DNA from: Candidatus Altimarinota bacterium
Lineage (GTDB): Bacteria; Patescibacteriota; Gracilibacteria; JBDHUY01
Length of the DNA stretch: 64,000 bases
Direction: 5' to 3'
Assembly (NCBI GenBank): GCA_039809385.1
Contig: JBDHUY010000005.1
Coordinates: 1-64,000 of the forward strand
Made by a program: the position numbers and the translations under genes. Positions 19,705 through 30,461 of this stretch are shown here, piece after piece. The notes below the pieces were generated by a model. It was not told the origin of the DNA. It did no database searches and was given only the letters and a program-made list of their open reading frames with translations. Each line of letters begins with the position of its first letter. Position 1 is the first letter of the stretch.

Positions 19705-20598
19705 ATGCGTAACCTGAAGGTCGAAGCAGCGGATAATCGAAAAAATCTGGAAACGTTTTTGCGCGAGAAATTTCCGGTTGGGTATGTGCGTAAATTATTT
19801 GATAAAAAAGGGGTTAAGATCAACGGCGAGCGCGGATATCCTCATTCACGACTTCAGGCAGGCGATATGCTGACATTCTATGTGCTTTTCGACCCTGAGG
19901 GTTCCGGCAAACAGACCAGGCCGGTCCCGAAAATCGACATGCTTTTTGAAAATGATGACTTTGCCGTCATCAATAAACCGGCCGGGATAGCCGTGCACGA
20001 GGGCAAAGATATATCGTTTCAACAGTCGCTGATTGGACATTTACATGCACACTATAACCAGAAAGTAACTCCCAACTCCAAACTCCCCACTCCCTTCCTG
20101 GTTCATCGTCTGGATAAAGATACCTCCGGCTGTCTGGTGGTGGCAAAAAGCGAGGCTGCAGCGCGCGAGTTCGAAACGCTGTTTGGCGAAAATTCTGTGG
20201 AGAAGGAGTATATAACGCTTGTAAAGGGTTTTATGAAAGAAAAAAAAGGCAGGATCGATATTCCGTTGCCGGGGCGGGAGGGATCGTTGGTACCGGCGCT
20301 GACCTTTTTTGACGTGGAGCATATGTTTCCCGATGCCGGAGTATCGTTGCTCCGTGTCCGCATAAAAACCGGACGGATGCACCAGATCCGCATTCATTTG
20401 AGCAGGATCGGTCATCCGGTGGTGATGGATGATCAGTACGGCGATTTCGGGTTTAACAAAGAATTTCGCAAAACCTACGGTTTCAAACGCCAGTTCTTGC
20501 ATGCTGAAAAACTCGCGTTTTCCTATAAGGGAGCGGTAAAATCATTCCGTGCACCCTTGTCCCAGGATCTGCAGAAAACACTCGATACGTTAGCGTAA
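19705..20598 (+). CDS. RluA/RluC/RluD-family pseudouridine synthase with S4-like N-terminus
   Basis: INKPAGIAVH, HRLDKDTSG, TGRMHQIRIH, GHPVVMD, RQFLHA. Confidence 0.93.
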   Translation: MRNLKVEAADNRKNLETFLREKFPVGYVRKLFDKKGVKINGERGYPHSRLQAGDMLTFYVLFDPEGSGKQTRPVPKIDMLFENDDFAVINKPAGIAVHEGKDISFQQSLIGHLHAHYNQKVTPNSKLPTPFLVHRLDKDTSGCLVVAKSEAAAREFETLFGENSVEKEYITLVKGFMKEKKGRIDIPLPGREGSLVPALTFFDVEHMFPDAGVSLLRVRIKTGRMHQIRIHLSRIGHPVVMDDQYGDFGFNKEFRKTYGFKRQFLHAEKLAFSYKGAVKSFRAPLSQDLQKTLDTLA

Positions 20599-20606
20599 GT
20601 TTACTC

Positions 20607-20954
20607 TCACTTTCGAGTCGATATTTGAAACAAATGCATCATCTTCCGGTGTAACTCTGGAACGAAGTTCTCTGAAAGCTCTCCGAGAGTATATTTCAAA
20701 TCCTCAAATTGTACTATCGTTAGTTTGTGAAGTTTTATAAGGGAATCTTTAGATAAACCTGTTTTTTTAAAGTACTCTTTGCGACTTTCCAGTAAAATAT
20801 CAGTCTCGTCTCTCTTCTGCATTTGGGTAGTCATATAGGCTACAACGAGTAAATGATGCCCTCCGATGGCCTTGGTTAAAACCAGTACCGGTCGTTCTTT
20901 GTGTTCATTGCGGTTATCGATACAGGGAAAATCGACAACAGCGATCTTATACAT
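20607..20954 (-). CDS. PemK/MazF-family toxin
   Basis: IAVVDFP...KERPVLVL...VVAYMTT...TGLSKDSLIK..KL...LGEL; ATG at 20954 overlaps the upstream gene's stop region. Confidence 0.85.
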   Translation of the reverse strand: MYKIAVVDFPCIDNRNEHKERPVLVLTKAIGGHHLLVVAYMTTQMQKRDETDILLESRKEYFKKTGLSKDSLIKLHKLTIVQFEDLKYTLGELSENFVPELHRKMMHLFQISTRK

Positions 20955-21234
20955 AGTCGGCAAGCTTGACTTTTTTAAGTTTTTTCCGGTCAAAGTTCTG
21001 CGGTTCAGTATTATCCGAACGAATATTAAAGGCGTAGGAGGCTTGCATCGAAAGATCTTTTGGATCTACATCGGGGTAGGTCGTATTTTTTTCCTTTTTG
21101 AGACGCCAGTAACTTTCCGAGAGTACCATTTTTACAATCTCGGATTCGTTCAAGAGGGTATAGCGCTTCTTAAGGGCGCTTAAGGTTTGTTGTATGTCCC
21201 TTGTTTTATTGATTCGTATCTTAGCGTAGAGCAT
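20947..21234 (-). CDS. Putative cognate antitoxin
   Basis: 95-aa gene overlapping the toxin start, RHH-like N-half (YPLLxESEI-type LNESEIVKMVLSE). Confidence 0.65.
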   Translation of the reverse strand: MLYAKIRINKTRDIQQTLSALKKRYTLLNESEIVKMVLSESYWRLKKEKNTTYPDVDPKDLSMQASYAFNIRSDNTEPQNFDRKKLKKVKLADYV

Positions 21235-21324
21235 ATAGGGTCCATTAAGGGTACTAGTAGGGTAGTACTAGGGTATTATATCTTGCCATGCAAGCTTTTC
21301 ATTGGTTTTGCCTATGCCTTTGTT

Positions 21325-22286
21325 CTACAAATTCATAATCTCTTCCGCGGTCAGTGTCATCTCTCCTGACATGATGTAATCGAATACTTTTTGTTTATCC
21401 GGATTCCAGGTCCCTATATCAAAATCGATAAAAAATATCTTTTTCTTTTTTTGATCATACATGATATTTGGCGAATCAAACGCTTTGGCTTTATGAAAGT
21501 CGAACGCTTCGACATTATCGGTTTTGGACAATCTCCCAATATCGAGCTTTACGTCCATGGTTTCTTCGGGAAGCCCCAGCTTTCGGCAGGCACCTGCTAT
21601 TAACTTTTCAGCATAATATATTTTCGATGAGCTATCCGCAGACTTTCAATAACATCCGTTGTTTTCTTCTCTTTGGATGTCATGTTTTGGAATGTTTCAC
21701 CAAAAACTCTTCTTTGCAAAGTAATTGCGCACATCCGTTGAGGCGTATAATTTCGGATCTTTTCCATCTCCAATTCATTCTTTCTTTCTCCTAAAATAAA
21801 ACGTGATTCAGGGATACAATCTCGCATGAACTTTTTGAGAATTGCATATTTGTTTCGCAAGTACAATACGACCTCCGGAGTAGCTTCCCGGTTCGAATAT
21901 TTGAAAACATACCCCGAATCCTGCGCATCGCTCACTACTTTACTGTCTTTTCCGGCTCCTACGGCCGTTTCTAGGATTGATCGTCTCAGAACACTTTTTA
22001 GATTCGATTTCGTTTTCTTCTGGTATTCTCTAATTTTTTCTTCCAATGCTGCCAATTCATTCTTTTCCTCTTGGGTTCGTACCCCGCCAATTTTGCGCAG
22101 CTTTCTTTTTTCGGCTTCTGTCATCCCTTTTTTTGTATCTATGGCGCGTTGCTCGGTTCTTAGCAGAAGTTCCTGATATCTGCGTATTACTTCGAAGATT
22201 TCTTCATCTTTTTCGGTAAGAGCCACTTTATATAATGGCACATCGTTGTAGTTGGTTTTTTCGGTGGTATGGAAGGAGGTGGGCAT
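21325..22286 (-). pseudogene. Frameshifted kinase-fold-like gene (ORFs 22286-21600 and 21558-21325 join in one frame)
   Basis: Adding one A at CTGAAAAGTTA (~21605) gives ...LKKLIAGACRKLGLPEETMDVKLD..., continuous with the second ORF. Confidence 0.6.
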
Positions 22287-22490
22287 GTTTTTTGGGAAGG
22301 TTTTAGAAGTTCGATAATTAGTATATTCTTTTTATTATACACGATTTTTCGAAAGTCGGCCATGGGTATACTTTGAAAATCGAATATTCCGGGTGGCTTG
22401 ATGTAAAGGGAGACAAACGCTGTTCGTTGCTTTGGCAATTTTTTAGGAATGTGGTATAATAAAAAGATTTATTTTTCTATCGTACCTTGT

Positions 22491-24860
22491 ATGAGTGTCA
22501 ATCCATCTTTGTCGTTAAATGAATTGTTGGAGTTAAGAAAAAAAGAAAGAGAGCATGCAGAAAAGTTGGCCAACGCAGGGACAGAAATAGCCAAACTTCG
22601 GCAAGAAAAAGCATCATTGGAGCAAGTGCTCCATGGGGTGACGAATGCTCATGAACGTCTTACTACGGTCATGCAGGACTTTCTGAAAGATCCAGATCGT
22701 GTCGGTCTGCCTCATCTGCGGCAGGATATCGACAGTCAAAAAACGGCTGTGGCGAAGATAGAACTGTCCCATGAAACAAGTCTTGGTTCTATTAAAAATC
22801 AATATGATGAGGCTGTGAAGAGCAAACTGTTTAGCGGTACATTCGAGGAGTTTTTGGCGGAGTTTCAGGAGGCGGAGGAAATTCGACAGTATCAACAAAC
22901 AGATTCAGAATTACAGGAGAGCAGAGTAGCGCTATCCGATCTTGAAACCACACTGGCTGACACAAAAGTCCGGCGCAGGGCAAAAAAAACTGCTACGAAA
23001 GACTCATTTCGTACCGAAAGACATAACTTACAAGAAGCAGGTATGCAACAGGTTGGCGGGAAAAAAGCCCGGCAAAAATATATCCAGCAGCTCCAAAATG
23101 AAATTACACGCATTGATACAGAAATTGCAGATCTGGAACCCCTGGCCCAGGAGTACCAGCAACAGCAGGAACAGCAGCGCGAAAAAGAACAAGACCAATT
23201 GCGAAATAAAATTGCAGATGATGTTCAAGTTCAAGATCCCAATACTATTCTGCGAGTGATTAAGAATGAACAGTTTGCTAATCTGATACAGGTCGACAGT
23301 TACCGCACAGAGATCCGGCATCCGGATCGACAAAAGTTGATACAGGATGAATTTGTACGTCAGTATGAAAGAGTAATCAAAAACTACCTCTACCAAAATA
23401 CACCGGACGGAGAAGAGCTGGGAAAAAAAGAACAGGAAAGGGAGAAAACGGTTGGTGTGTATAAAAAAATACTGGATGATTTTCTTGCTATGGATAAACA
23501 ATATCGGACGATAGAACAGGAGGTGTCGAACAAGATACGGACCACGTTGAATTCCCTATATCCTGAGACTGAATTTTCTGATAACAGGATAGAAAACGTT
23601 ATTTTGGATTTTCTGAAAAGAAATGAATCGCAACAGCTGTATCATCCATATCCCAGTGGTATTGATGCCGAAAAACTTACAAATGAATTAAATATGGCTT
23701 CTTTTGAGAGCAGAGACCTTAAGCCGCTCGATCAGCAGTTTTCGGAGATCCATACAGGGATTTCGACACTGTTGCATATGATTCAGATCCTGAACAAAGC
23801 ATCAAAGGTTATGGATTCAACCAAACCCGAAGATATTTTTGAGCCGAATAAATCTACTTTGACAACAGAAGTAAAAGAGGCTGTCTATCGAGATCAGCCG
23901 CTTTTTCAGAACTCCTCTTCTATGCTTATCCCAAAAAGTCTTCAGGGGATATCCTATGAAGCCGGGCCTGCATACAGAAGAATCCAGAATGAACTGCAAA
24001 AGTACATATTTCTTGCGTCGCTGCGTGTAGGATATGAATTGAAAAGGAACGCTACAGAGCAATTTACCCAGGAACACCCCGAGGTAGATGATTTGAGGAA
24101 ACAGCAACTTGATTTTTACGCGAAGGAATCGCGTTGGTTTCAAAACGCAACTGAATTGATGTACTCGGACCAAAAAATACTGGAGGAACTGCAAGGTGAA
24201 ACAGTATTATTTTCGATCAATAGACAAAACCAATCCGGGTATGCAGGCTATACAGTCACTGTCAGCTGTCCCGGTCTCGAGGCAGAAAAACAAAGGCAAA
24301 AGGAAATCCAGACTAACGAGGAAACAAAAAAAGAAAAGATAGCGTCTGAGATCCAAAAGTTGCGATTATCTCAAACAGATATGGATTTGTTAAAAGAGAA
24401 ATATGACAGGAACGGATCTATTCTGCTATCTGCAACTGAAAAGCTAAAAAGCCCTCTCAAATTTAAAACATATGAAAATTTTTTACAATTGCATAAACAA
24501 TGGTTGGATCTGGCAGCAACAATTGAAGCCGCTAAAAATAAGCAACGAGACATTGATTCGAAGATATCGAAGATCAAACTACCCCGTAGTCTTGGCGGAT
24601 GGCGTGATGGGTTTGAGTATTTGTCCGCTTATTTTAACGATGGAGTCCTGAACCCTGCCGACTTCCGGTCCCCCATGACACTGCAAAGTTTTTTTCAACT
24701 GATACAGCAAAAAATAGCTGCGTTCGGGGCCACAGAGCTGACTCCGGAACAGAATCAAGTTCTCGATACTGCAAGTCACATGGCTCAAGATTTGACAGAT
24801 GTCCAAGATAGCTACTCTCGACTACTGGCCAAGCATTACTATAATTCAAATGTGAGTTAG
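22491..24860 (+). CDS. Large coiled-coil hypothetical protein
   Basis: 789-aa E/K/Q-rich frame; preceded by a TTGGCA-17-TATAAT promoter (22432-22460). Confidence 0.75.
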   Translation: MSVNPSLSLNELLELRKKEREHAEKLANAGTEIAKLRQEKASLEQVLHGVTNAHERLTTVMQDFLKDPDRVGLPHLRQDIDSQKTAVAKIELSHETSLGSIKNQYDEAVKSKLFSGTFEEFLAEFQEAEEIRQYQQTDSELQESRVALSDLETTLADTKVRRRAKKTATKDSFRTERHNLQEAGMQQVGGKKARQKYIQQLQNEITRIDTEIADLEPLAQEYQQQQEQQREKEQDQLRNKIADDVQVQDPNTILRVIKNEQFANLIQVDSYRTEIRHPDRQKLIQDEFVRQYERVIKNYLYQNTPDGEELGKKEQEREKTVGVYKKILDDFLAMDKQYRTIEQEVSNKIRTTLNSLYPETEFSDNRIENVILDFLKRNESQQLYHPYPSGIDAEKLTNELNMASFESRDLKPLDQQFSEIHTGISTLLHMIQILNKASKVMDSTKPEDIFEPNKSTLTTEVKEAVYRDQPLFQNSSSMLIPKSLQGISYEAGPAYRRIQNELQKYIFLASLRVGYELKRNATEQFTQEHPEVDDLRKQQLDFYAKESRWFQNATELMYSDQKILEELQGETVLFSINRQNQSGYAGYTVTVSCPGLEAEKQRQKEIQTNEETKKEKIASEIQKLRLSQTDMDLLKEKYDRNGSILLSATEKLKSPLKFKTYENFLQLHKQWLDLAATIEAAKNKQRDIDSKISKIKLPRSLGGWRDGFEYLSAYFNDGVLNPADFRSPMTLQSFFQLIQQKIAAFGATELTPEQNQVLDTASHMAQDLTDVQDSYSRLLAKHYYNSNVS

Positions 24861-24900
24861 GCTCTTTTTAATAGATGTATTAGGGCATTTGTATATTTCT

Positions 24901-25890
24901 ATGGTAATCAGTGTTTTCAGTGCTAAACCGTATGACCGCTCTTTCTTCGAAGAAGCCAATAAAAATTTCGGTTTTACGCTGAATTTTCTTGAGACGCATT
25001 TAACCGCCGTGACCGTTTCTCTTGCACAAGGCTCCGAAGCTGTCTGTCTTTTTGTCAACGATCGCTGCGACGCCGAAATCTTGCGCCGGCTTCACGATCT
25101 GGGAATAAAATTTATCGCCCTGCGCTGCGCCGGCTATAATAATGTAGATACGAAAACGGCCGCCGAATTTGGGATCAACGTAGTTCGAGTACCGGCCTAT
25201 TCGCCCAACGCTGTGGCTGAGCACGCCGTAGCTCTTATGCTTACTTTGAATCGTAAAATTCACAAAGCATATAATCGTGTGCGCGAAGAAAATTTTTCAC
25301 TTTCAGGTCTGCTCGGGTTCGATATGCACGGCAAAACCGTCGGGATTATCGGTACCGGCAAGATCGGCCAGACCGTTGCCAAAATTTTATCTGGATTTGG
25401 CTGCAAATTGCTGGGATACGATGTTTTTCAGAGTAAAGAAGCGCTTGATTTTGGCCTGGAGTATGTTACGTTGCCCGAGTTGTATAAGCATTCGGACATC
25501 ATTACGTTACACTGTCCGCTTCTGCCCGAGACCCGGCATCTTATCAACAACCAAGCTTTGAAAGGAATGAAGAACGGCGTTATGTTGATCAATACCAGCC
25601 GGGGCGGCTTGATCGATACTAAATCAGCCATCGCTGCTCTGAAAACCGGTAAGCTTGGATATCTTGGTTTGGATGTTTACGAGGAAGAAGAGGCGCTGTT
25701 TTTTGAAGACGCATCCGACCGTATCTTACAGGACGATCTCTTTGCCCGTCTCCTAACGTTTAACAACGTTCTTATTACCGGTCATCAGGCTTTCTTTACC
25801 GACACGGCGCTGAAAAATATCGCCGAGACGACTCTACAAAATATCCAGGACATTGCGGCTTGTACACATTGTCCAAATACAGTATGTTAG
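24901..25890 (+). CDS. ldhA: D-lactate dehydrogenase (D-2-hydroxyacid dehydrogenase)
   Basis: [56 protein letters not shown]. Confidence 0.92.
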   Translation: MVISVFSAKPYDRSFFEEANKNFGFTLNFLETHLTAVTVSLAQGSEAVCLFVNDRCDAEILRRLHDLGIKFIALRCAGYNNVDTKTAAEFGINVVRVPAYSPNAVAEHAVALMLTLNRKIHKAYNRVREENFSLSGLLGFDMHGKTVGIIGTGKIGQTVAKILSGFGCKLLGYDVFQSKEALDFGLEYVTLPELYKHSDIITLHCPLLPETRHLINNQALKGMKNGVMLINTSRGGLIDTKSAIAALKTGKLGYLGLDVYEEEEALFFEDASDRILQDDLFARLLTFNNVLITGHQAFFTDTALKNIAETTLQNIQDIAACTHCPNTVC

Positions 25891-25894
25891 TGCT

Positions 25895-26590
25895 TCAGGG
25901 TAGTTGAAAACGCGCGAACAAGGGCAGATGGTCAGAAAACGGCGCGTGTAGTACAAACATGTCCTGTAATTTTACGTTCTTGTAAAAAATATAGTCGAGT
26001 TGCTGATAAAAAAACCACAACCGGTGCGTTATAGCTTTTTGCGCTGCATTTTGATACTGATGTTGGTCCATAAATTCAAAGAGAGACCGCTGTTTGACCA
26101 GCGACGTATAGTTGAAGTCTCCCAGAATGATCGACGACTGGTTGCCGTTCACTTCTTTCACAATTTGACTTAGCTGTTCGCGGCGTTTGCTGTGTGGAGC
26201 GATCAGGCTTAGATGCGTATTACAAATTACGACCGGTTTGCCGTGGGCGGAGAATCTGGTCATCAGCGCATAACGCTGGTGAATCGACTGAAAGATCGCT
26301 TTTTCCAGACGGGTATAGCCGAGCGGAATACTCTTTGATTCCAGCAGCGTTATGGTGGCTCTTTTATACAAGGTTAATACCGTACAGTGTTTTTTCTTAA
26401 GCTCGCCTTCCGCCGCAAAAACATAGCCGTATCCCAATTCTTCGAAAAACGGCAAAACCTTCTCGATCGCGCGGCTGGGGAATTCCTGAAAACACACAAT
26501 GTCGGGCAAATCCAAAAACTGGGCAATCCAGGTGCTGATCTTTTTCAGCTTGCGTCCCAGTAAAATATTATAAGTGACAATTGAAATCAT
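25895..26590 (-). CDS. Endonuclease/exonuclease/phosphatase family protein
   Basis: VTYNI, DIVCFQE, NTHLS, ILGDFN, LDYIF, SDHLP. Confidence 0.9.
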   Translation of the reverse strand: MISIVTYNILLGRKLKKISTWIAQFLDLPDIVCFQEFPSRAIEKVLPFFEELGYGYVFAAEGELKKKHCTVLTLYKRATITLLESKSIPLGYTRLEKAIFQSIHQRYALMTRFSAHGKPVVICNTHLSLIAPHSKRREQLSQIVKEVNGNQSSIILGDFNYTSLVKQRSLFEFMDQHQYQNAAQKAITHRLWFFYQQLDYIFYKNVKLQDMFVLHAPFSDHLPLFARFQLP

Positions 26591-26840
26591 AGGATTATCG
26601 AGAATGCGACCTTTCCAATGTATCATACTTCTCCCGTCACTCCCGTCAAAGATATTTCTTTGTATATAGGTTATGATTTTTTATGAATTCTCTGAATCGT
26701 TGTATATCTTTCTGTCAAAATAAACCGTTGTCATTTCAATTACTTGTTGCAAAATGTACCCGGTGTGCTAGAGTCTGATCAGCTCTTACTAAAGCCAAAA
26801 AGTAAAGAGTGTTTTACTTTTTTTTTATACCTCTTAAAAT

Positions 26841-29561
26841 ATGTATCTTTTTGCAATACACGGAAAGAAAGTATTCTGGTTTGCCGCGGCATTGTTTGCC
26901 GGACTGGCCTTTCTGGCTTTGTCGACTCGCGCCGAAGCCTCCGTGGGGCATTATGCCCACCTGACGCTCCAAAACGACAATGACAATAACAGTATTGTCA
27001 ATATCGGCGACACGGTTCATCTGGAAGTCTATGTTTTCGGCGACGGCGGTTCCTGCGGGACTTCCGTTCAAGCCGATTTTTTACAATACGGAGGGGCGGC
27101 CAATCAAAATATTAACGGCTGTGTCGCCAACGGTAACAGTAACAGCTCCGAATACAATTTCGATCTGGTCGTTCAGGATGCCGCCGAGAACGGGATCGAA
27201 GTTGCCGGAAACGACGATGCTTCCAGGGTCAATGTTGCGTTGACGAACCTTGAAGAATCTCTTATTTCCAACGCTATTGGTGACGGAGAGATCGACACGG
27301 CCGACGGAGTCGATACTATTGCCCCCCGTGTTACTATTTTGCTCCCCCAGGATGAGGGAACTACCCAGCACGTTCACCCGTTGGAGGTGTTTACCACCCA
27401 GGATGCGACATGTACTTTTCAGCTTGATGAAGAAGAGGGATTCAGCTACCTCTTTAATACCGGAGGCATATTTCATACCGACCGGTTTAGCGATCTGGCT
27501 AACGGCTCTCATACCGTAGATGTCCGCTGTCAGGATGACGGTGGAAATTTCGGAACGGATACCTCGACCTGGACCAAATTGCAAGCGGAGGAGTTATTGT
27601 ACGGTGCTGATGGCGCGGGCGGAAACCCCGAGACGAATCTGTATATACTTGATCCCGAAACCGGCGATATTGTGACGACGATCGGCCCGATAAACGGCCC
27701 GCTTCCCTCGAATGGGAACAGTAATGCCGGAAATTCCAACGGTAACGGGAACACGAACAGTTTTGTAAACTATCCGGTGACCGGATTGGCCTTTGATCCT
27801 ACGACCGGATTTCTGTACGGTACTACCGGTGGAGGAGGGGAAACAAAGATTCTGGCAGGAAGCGGTAGCAACCGGGCTCAAAAGCTTATCCGTATCAATC
27901 CCGCGACTGCCGAGGCGACCCTGATCGGAACGGTACAGACAACCCCCGACAATGGAAATACGAATAGCGAAGAGGTCGTACTTCCGGAACGACACAATAT
28001 GGCCGATATCGCTTTTTCCTCGGATGGCACGTTATATGGCTGGTCCGAACCGGGAGAGGATGACCTTTATACGATCGATCTGGAGACTGCCGAGGCTACC
28101 CGTCTGGGCGAGTCTTTCCTGGAGACTTTTGGATCGGGACTGGAATTTGCGCCGACGCACAATTTGAATGCGAATTATGAGGTTTTCAATGCCAACGAAA
28201 ATCTTAACGGTATGATCGACCGTATCGGTCTGGTAGCTCAACCTTCGCTTTATTTTACCGGCGAGGGGGATGACGGTAACCTGTATGTTATAAACTCCGC
28301 CACTGGATTGCCTGTCGAATTTATTCAACTCATTCGCGAGTTACAGGCCGATTTGGACGAAGAAGATTCTTATGCGATACGGGCTCTGACGGCAGACCAT
28401 AACGGGACGTTGGTTGGTTCTCGGGAAGAAACCGGTATTTCCGAGGAAGATCTGGGAGATCTTGTCGTAATAGATAAAGATACCGGTGTTATTATTTCCA
28501 TGGGACCCAATGCCGATATGAACGACATGGATGCGATCGCGTTCGGACCGCAATTTACCGCAACGATTACTTTCCCGACCGACAACGCTGTCGTGAATCG
28601 TTCGTTCGTTTTACAAGTTACTACCAACCAGGATGCCACATGTCAGGCCAGTCTGGATAACAATAACTCGGCCACGATGACCACGACCGGTATGACGAGT
28701 CACAGTCAATCCTACCCCAATGTATCCGTCGGAAACCACCATATCGACGTAGATTGTTATAATGCTTCCGAAGATCTGGCCAGCGATTCGGTTGATTTTC
28801 GCGTCCGTTCTTCCGGTGGTGGCGGGGGCGGCGGAGGTGGTGGCGGAACGATCATCACGAATACCAATAGCAACGCTAATGGAAATACCAATAGTTCGGG
28901 TTCTTCCAATACCAATACCAACGGTGGCTCCGGTAGCGGCAATACAAATCGCAACAGCTCGTTTACCGATACTTCCGGATCTCCCGAAGAGCCCTTTATC
29001 AACGAACTAGCCGAGAAATGCGGTGCCGAAGGGTTTAAAGACGAAGTTAACGGACTGCGACTTTTTATGCCGAACACGCCGATGAAGCGGGGAGAATTGA
29101 TCAAACTCCTGATGTGGTGTAAATTTGGAGAATTGCCCAAACCCACAGTAAAACCCTTTCCAGATGTCGAGATTGATTCCCCGTTTGCGCCCTATATTGC
29201 CAAAGCCAAAGAATTAAACTTTATAACAGGATACGAAGCGGGTCCCGATCAAGGTAAATTCTTGGAATTGCAAAATGTCAGTCGGGAAGAGGCTCTTGTT
29301 ATGATTCTACGAGTAGCAATTTCCAGAGAAGATGTCAGAAATTTCTTGAATGGAGATTTGAAAAACATATTCTCTGATACCGAGTTACAAGCGTGGTATT
29401 ATGAAGACGTTTATTATTCTTTCTTGAAAAAATATACCGAAGGATATCGAGATGCAGCAGGAAACCTCTTGCATATATTCGGTGTCGGGGATCCGGTGGC
29501 GCGTGGTCATGCGGCAAAGTGGATCGTTTTGATCGTTCTGGGTGAAACGTTCACTCCCTAA
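26841..29561 (+). CDS. Secreted surface protein: Ig-like domains, beta-propeller-like repeats, C-terminal SLH domains
   Basis: Signal peptide (AEA), GLAFDP/DIAFSS/DAIAF blades, poly-Gly and NxN linker, SLH motifs FTDT, FMPNTPMKRGE, FPDV, SREEA, FSDT...WY, VARG. Confidence 0.85.
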   Translation: MYLFAIHGKKVFWFAAALFAGLAFLALSTRAEASVGHYAHLTLQNDNDNNSIVNIGDTVHLEVYVFGDGGSCGTSVQADFLQYGGAANQNINGCVANGNSNSSEYNFDLVVQDAAENGIEVAGNDDASRVNVALTNLEESLISNAIGDGEIDTADGVDTIAPRVTILLPQDEGTTQHVHPLEVFTTQDATCTFQLDEEEGFSYLFNTGGIFHTDRFSDLANGSHTVDVRCQDDGGNFGTDTSTWTKLQAEELLYGADGAGGNPETNLYILDPETGDIVTTIGPINGPLPSNGNSNAGNSNGNGNTNSFVNYPVTGLAFDPTTGFLYGTTGGGGETKILAGSGSNRAQKLIRINPATAEATLIGTVQTTPDNGNTNSEEVVLPERHNMADIAFSSDGTLYGWSEPGEDDLYTIDLETAEATRLGESFLETFGSGLEFAPTHNLNANYEVFNANENLNGMIDRIGLVAQPSLYFTGEGDDGNLYVINSATGLPVEFIQLIRELQADLDEEDSYAIRALTADHNGTLVGSREETGISEEDLGDLVVIDKDTGVIISMGPNADMNDMDAIAFGPQFTATITFPTDNAVVNRSFVLQVTTNQDATCQASLDNNNSATMTTTGMTSHSQSYPNVSVGNHHIDVDCYNASEDLASDSVDFRVRSSGGGGGGGGGGGTIITNTNSNANGNTNSSGSSNTNTNGGSGSGNTNRNSSFTDTSGSPEEPFINELAEKCGAEGFKDEVNGLRLFMPNTPMKRGELIKLLMWCKFGELPKPTVKPFPDVEIDSPFAPYIAKAKELNFITGYEAGPDQGKFLELQNVSREEALVMILRVAISREDVRNFLNGDLKNIFSDTELQAWYYEDVYYSFLKKYTEGYRDAAGNLLHIFGVGDPVARGHAAKWIVLIVLGETFTP

Positions 29562-29587
29562 GTTTTGATTCGTATATGTGTTGGATT

Positions 29588-29626
29588 GAACCCGGTCGAA
29601 CTCAAAAACGATCGGGTTCTTTGTTT
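29588..29626 (+). terminator. Intrinsic terminator
   Basis: GAACCCGGTCG...CGATCGGGTTC followed by TTTGTTT. Confidence 0.65.
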
Positions 29627-29722
29627 ACGTTATCCCCGTCTGAAAAAAAATATTGAAACACCCGCTATAAAACAGTATGGTTTCTCTTGTCCAGGGTTCG
29701 TTATCCTCATTCATTTTTTCTC

Positions 29723-30040
29723 ATGAAATACCCTCTCTTTACGGTTCTGGTTTTGTCAGCACTGCTCCTGTTGGTTTCATGCGGTCAGGCTTCTCCGCCG
29801 CCGAAAACCTTGGTGGGCGGAATCGATGTCGCAACACTGAAAGAATGCGGAAACCTCAACGGTGCGACGGTCGATTGCACGGCAAACCAATTATGTGCCA
29901 ATGCGAGCAGTGTGGTTTCGGGCATTCAGAAATCGCTGTGTTTTCCCCAGGATATTTGTAAAAAAGATATTTGTCCCGCCGGATCGCGTTGTGCAGTGGT
30001 TCAAGAATGGCCGGCCCGGATAGTGTGCCAACCGATATAG
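29723..30040 (+). CDS. Small Cys-rich lipoprotein
   Basis: MKYPLFTVLVLSALLLLVS-C lipobox; eight further Cys. Confidence 0.75.
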   Translation: MKYPLFTVLVLSALLLLVSCGQASPPPKTLVGGIDVATLKECGNLNGATVDCTANQLCANASSVVSGIQKSLCFPQDICKKDICPAGSRCAVVQEWPARIVCQPI

Positions 30041-30461
30041 ATCGCCTTTTTTTGCGATCTCCTAAAAAATGAGCTATTGGCATAATACATTTCTGTTTCC
30101 GAAAGGCTTGTTTTTCGTGGTTTCGGCGCTTGAAAATGTCTTGTTTTTTTTCGCGCCTTTGTTATATTTGGCATATATTCATCCACTAGCCTTTTGCCTG
30201 TGCTTGACGCCGCTTCTCGTTTGTTAGAAGTTGTTCTGCCAGCTTTTCGGGTAGGGAATTGCGAAACGTATACCGTCTCGGTTCTTTCTATATATATGGA
30301 TGGGTATTTCAAAAAAACCAGAAATAGTCTCTCTGGTTTTTTTAAATCACTTTCTTAATTTTTTTGCGTTCGGAAGCGGAGATCGACCTTCCCGGCCTTC
30401 CTTTTTATTTTTCCGTCTCTCTCTCTTGTTTTTTTATCTTACCTCCTTATTTCAGTACCGT

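Noticed and set aside
19233-19717. ORFs 19233-19433, 19287-19544, 19334-19717
   Set aside because: They overlap the T-box and repeat element, which explain the sequence better.
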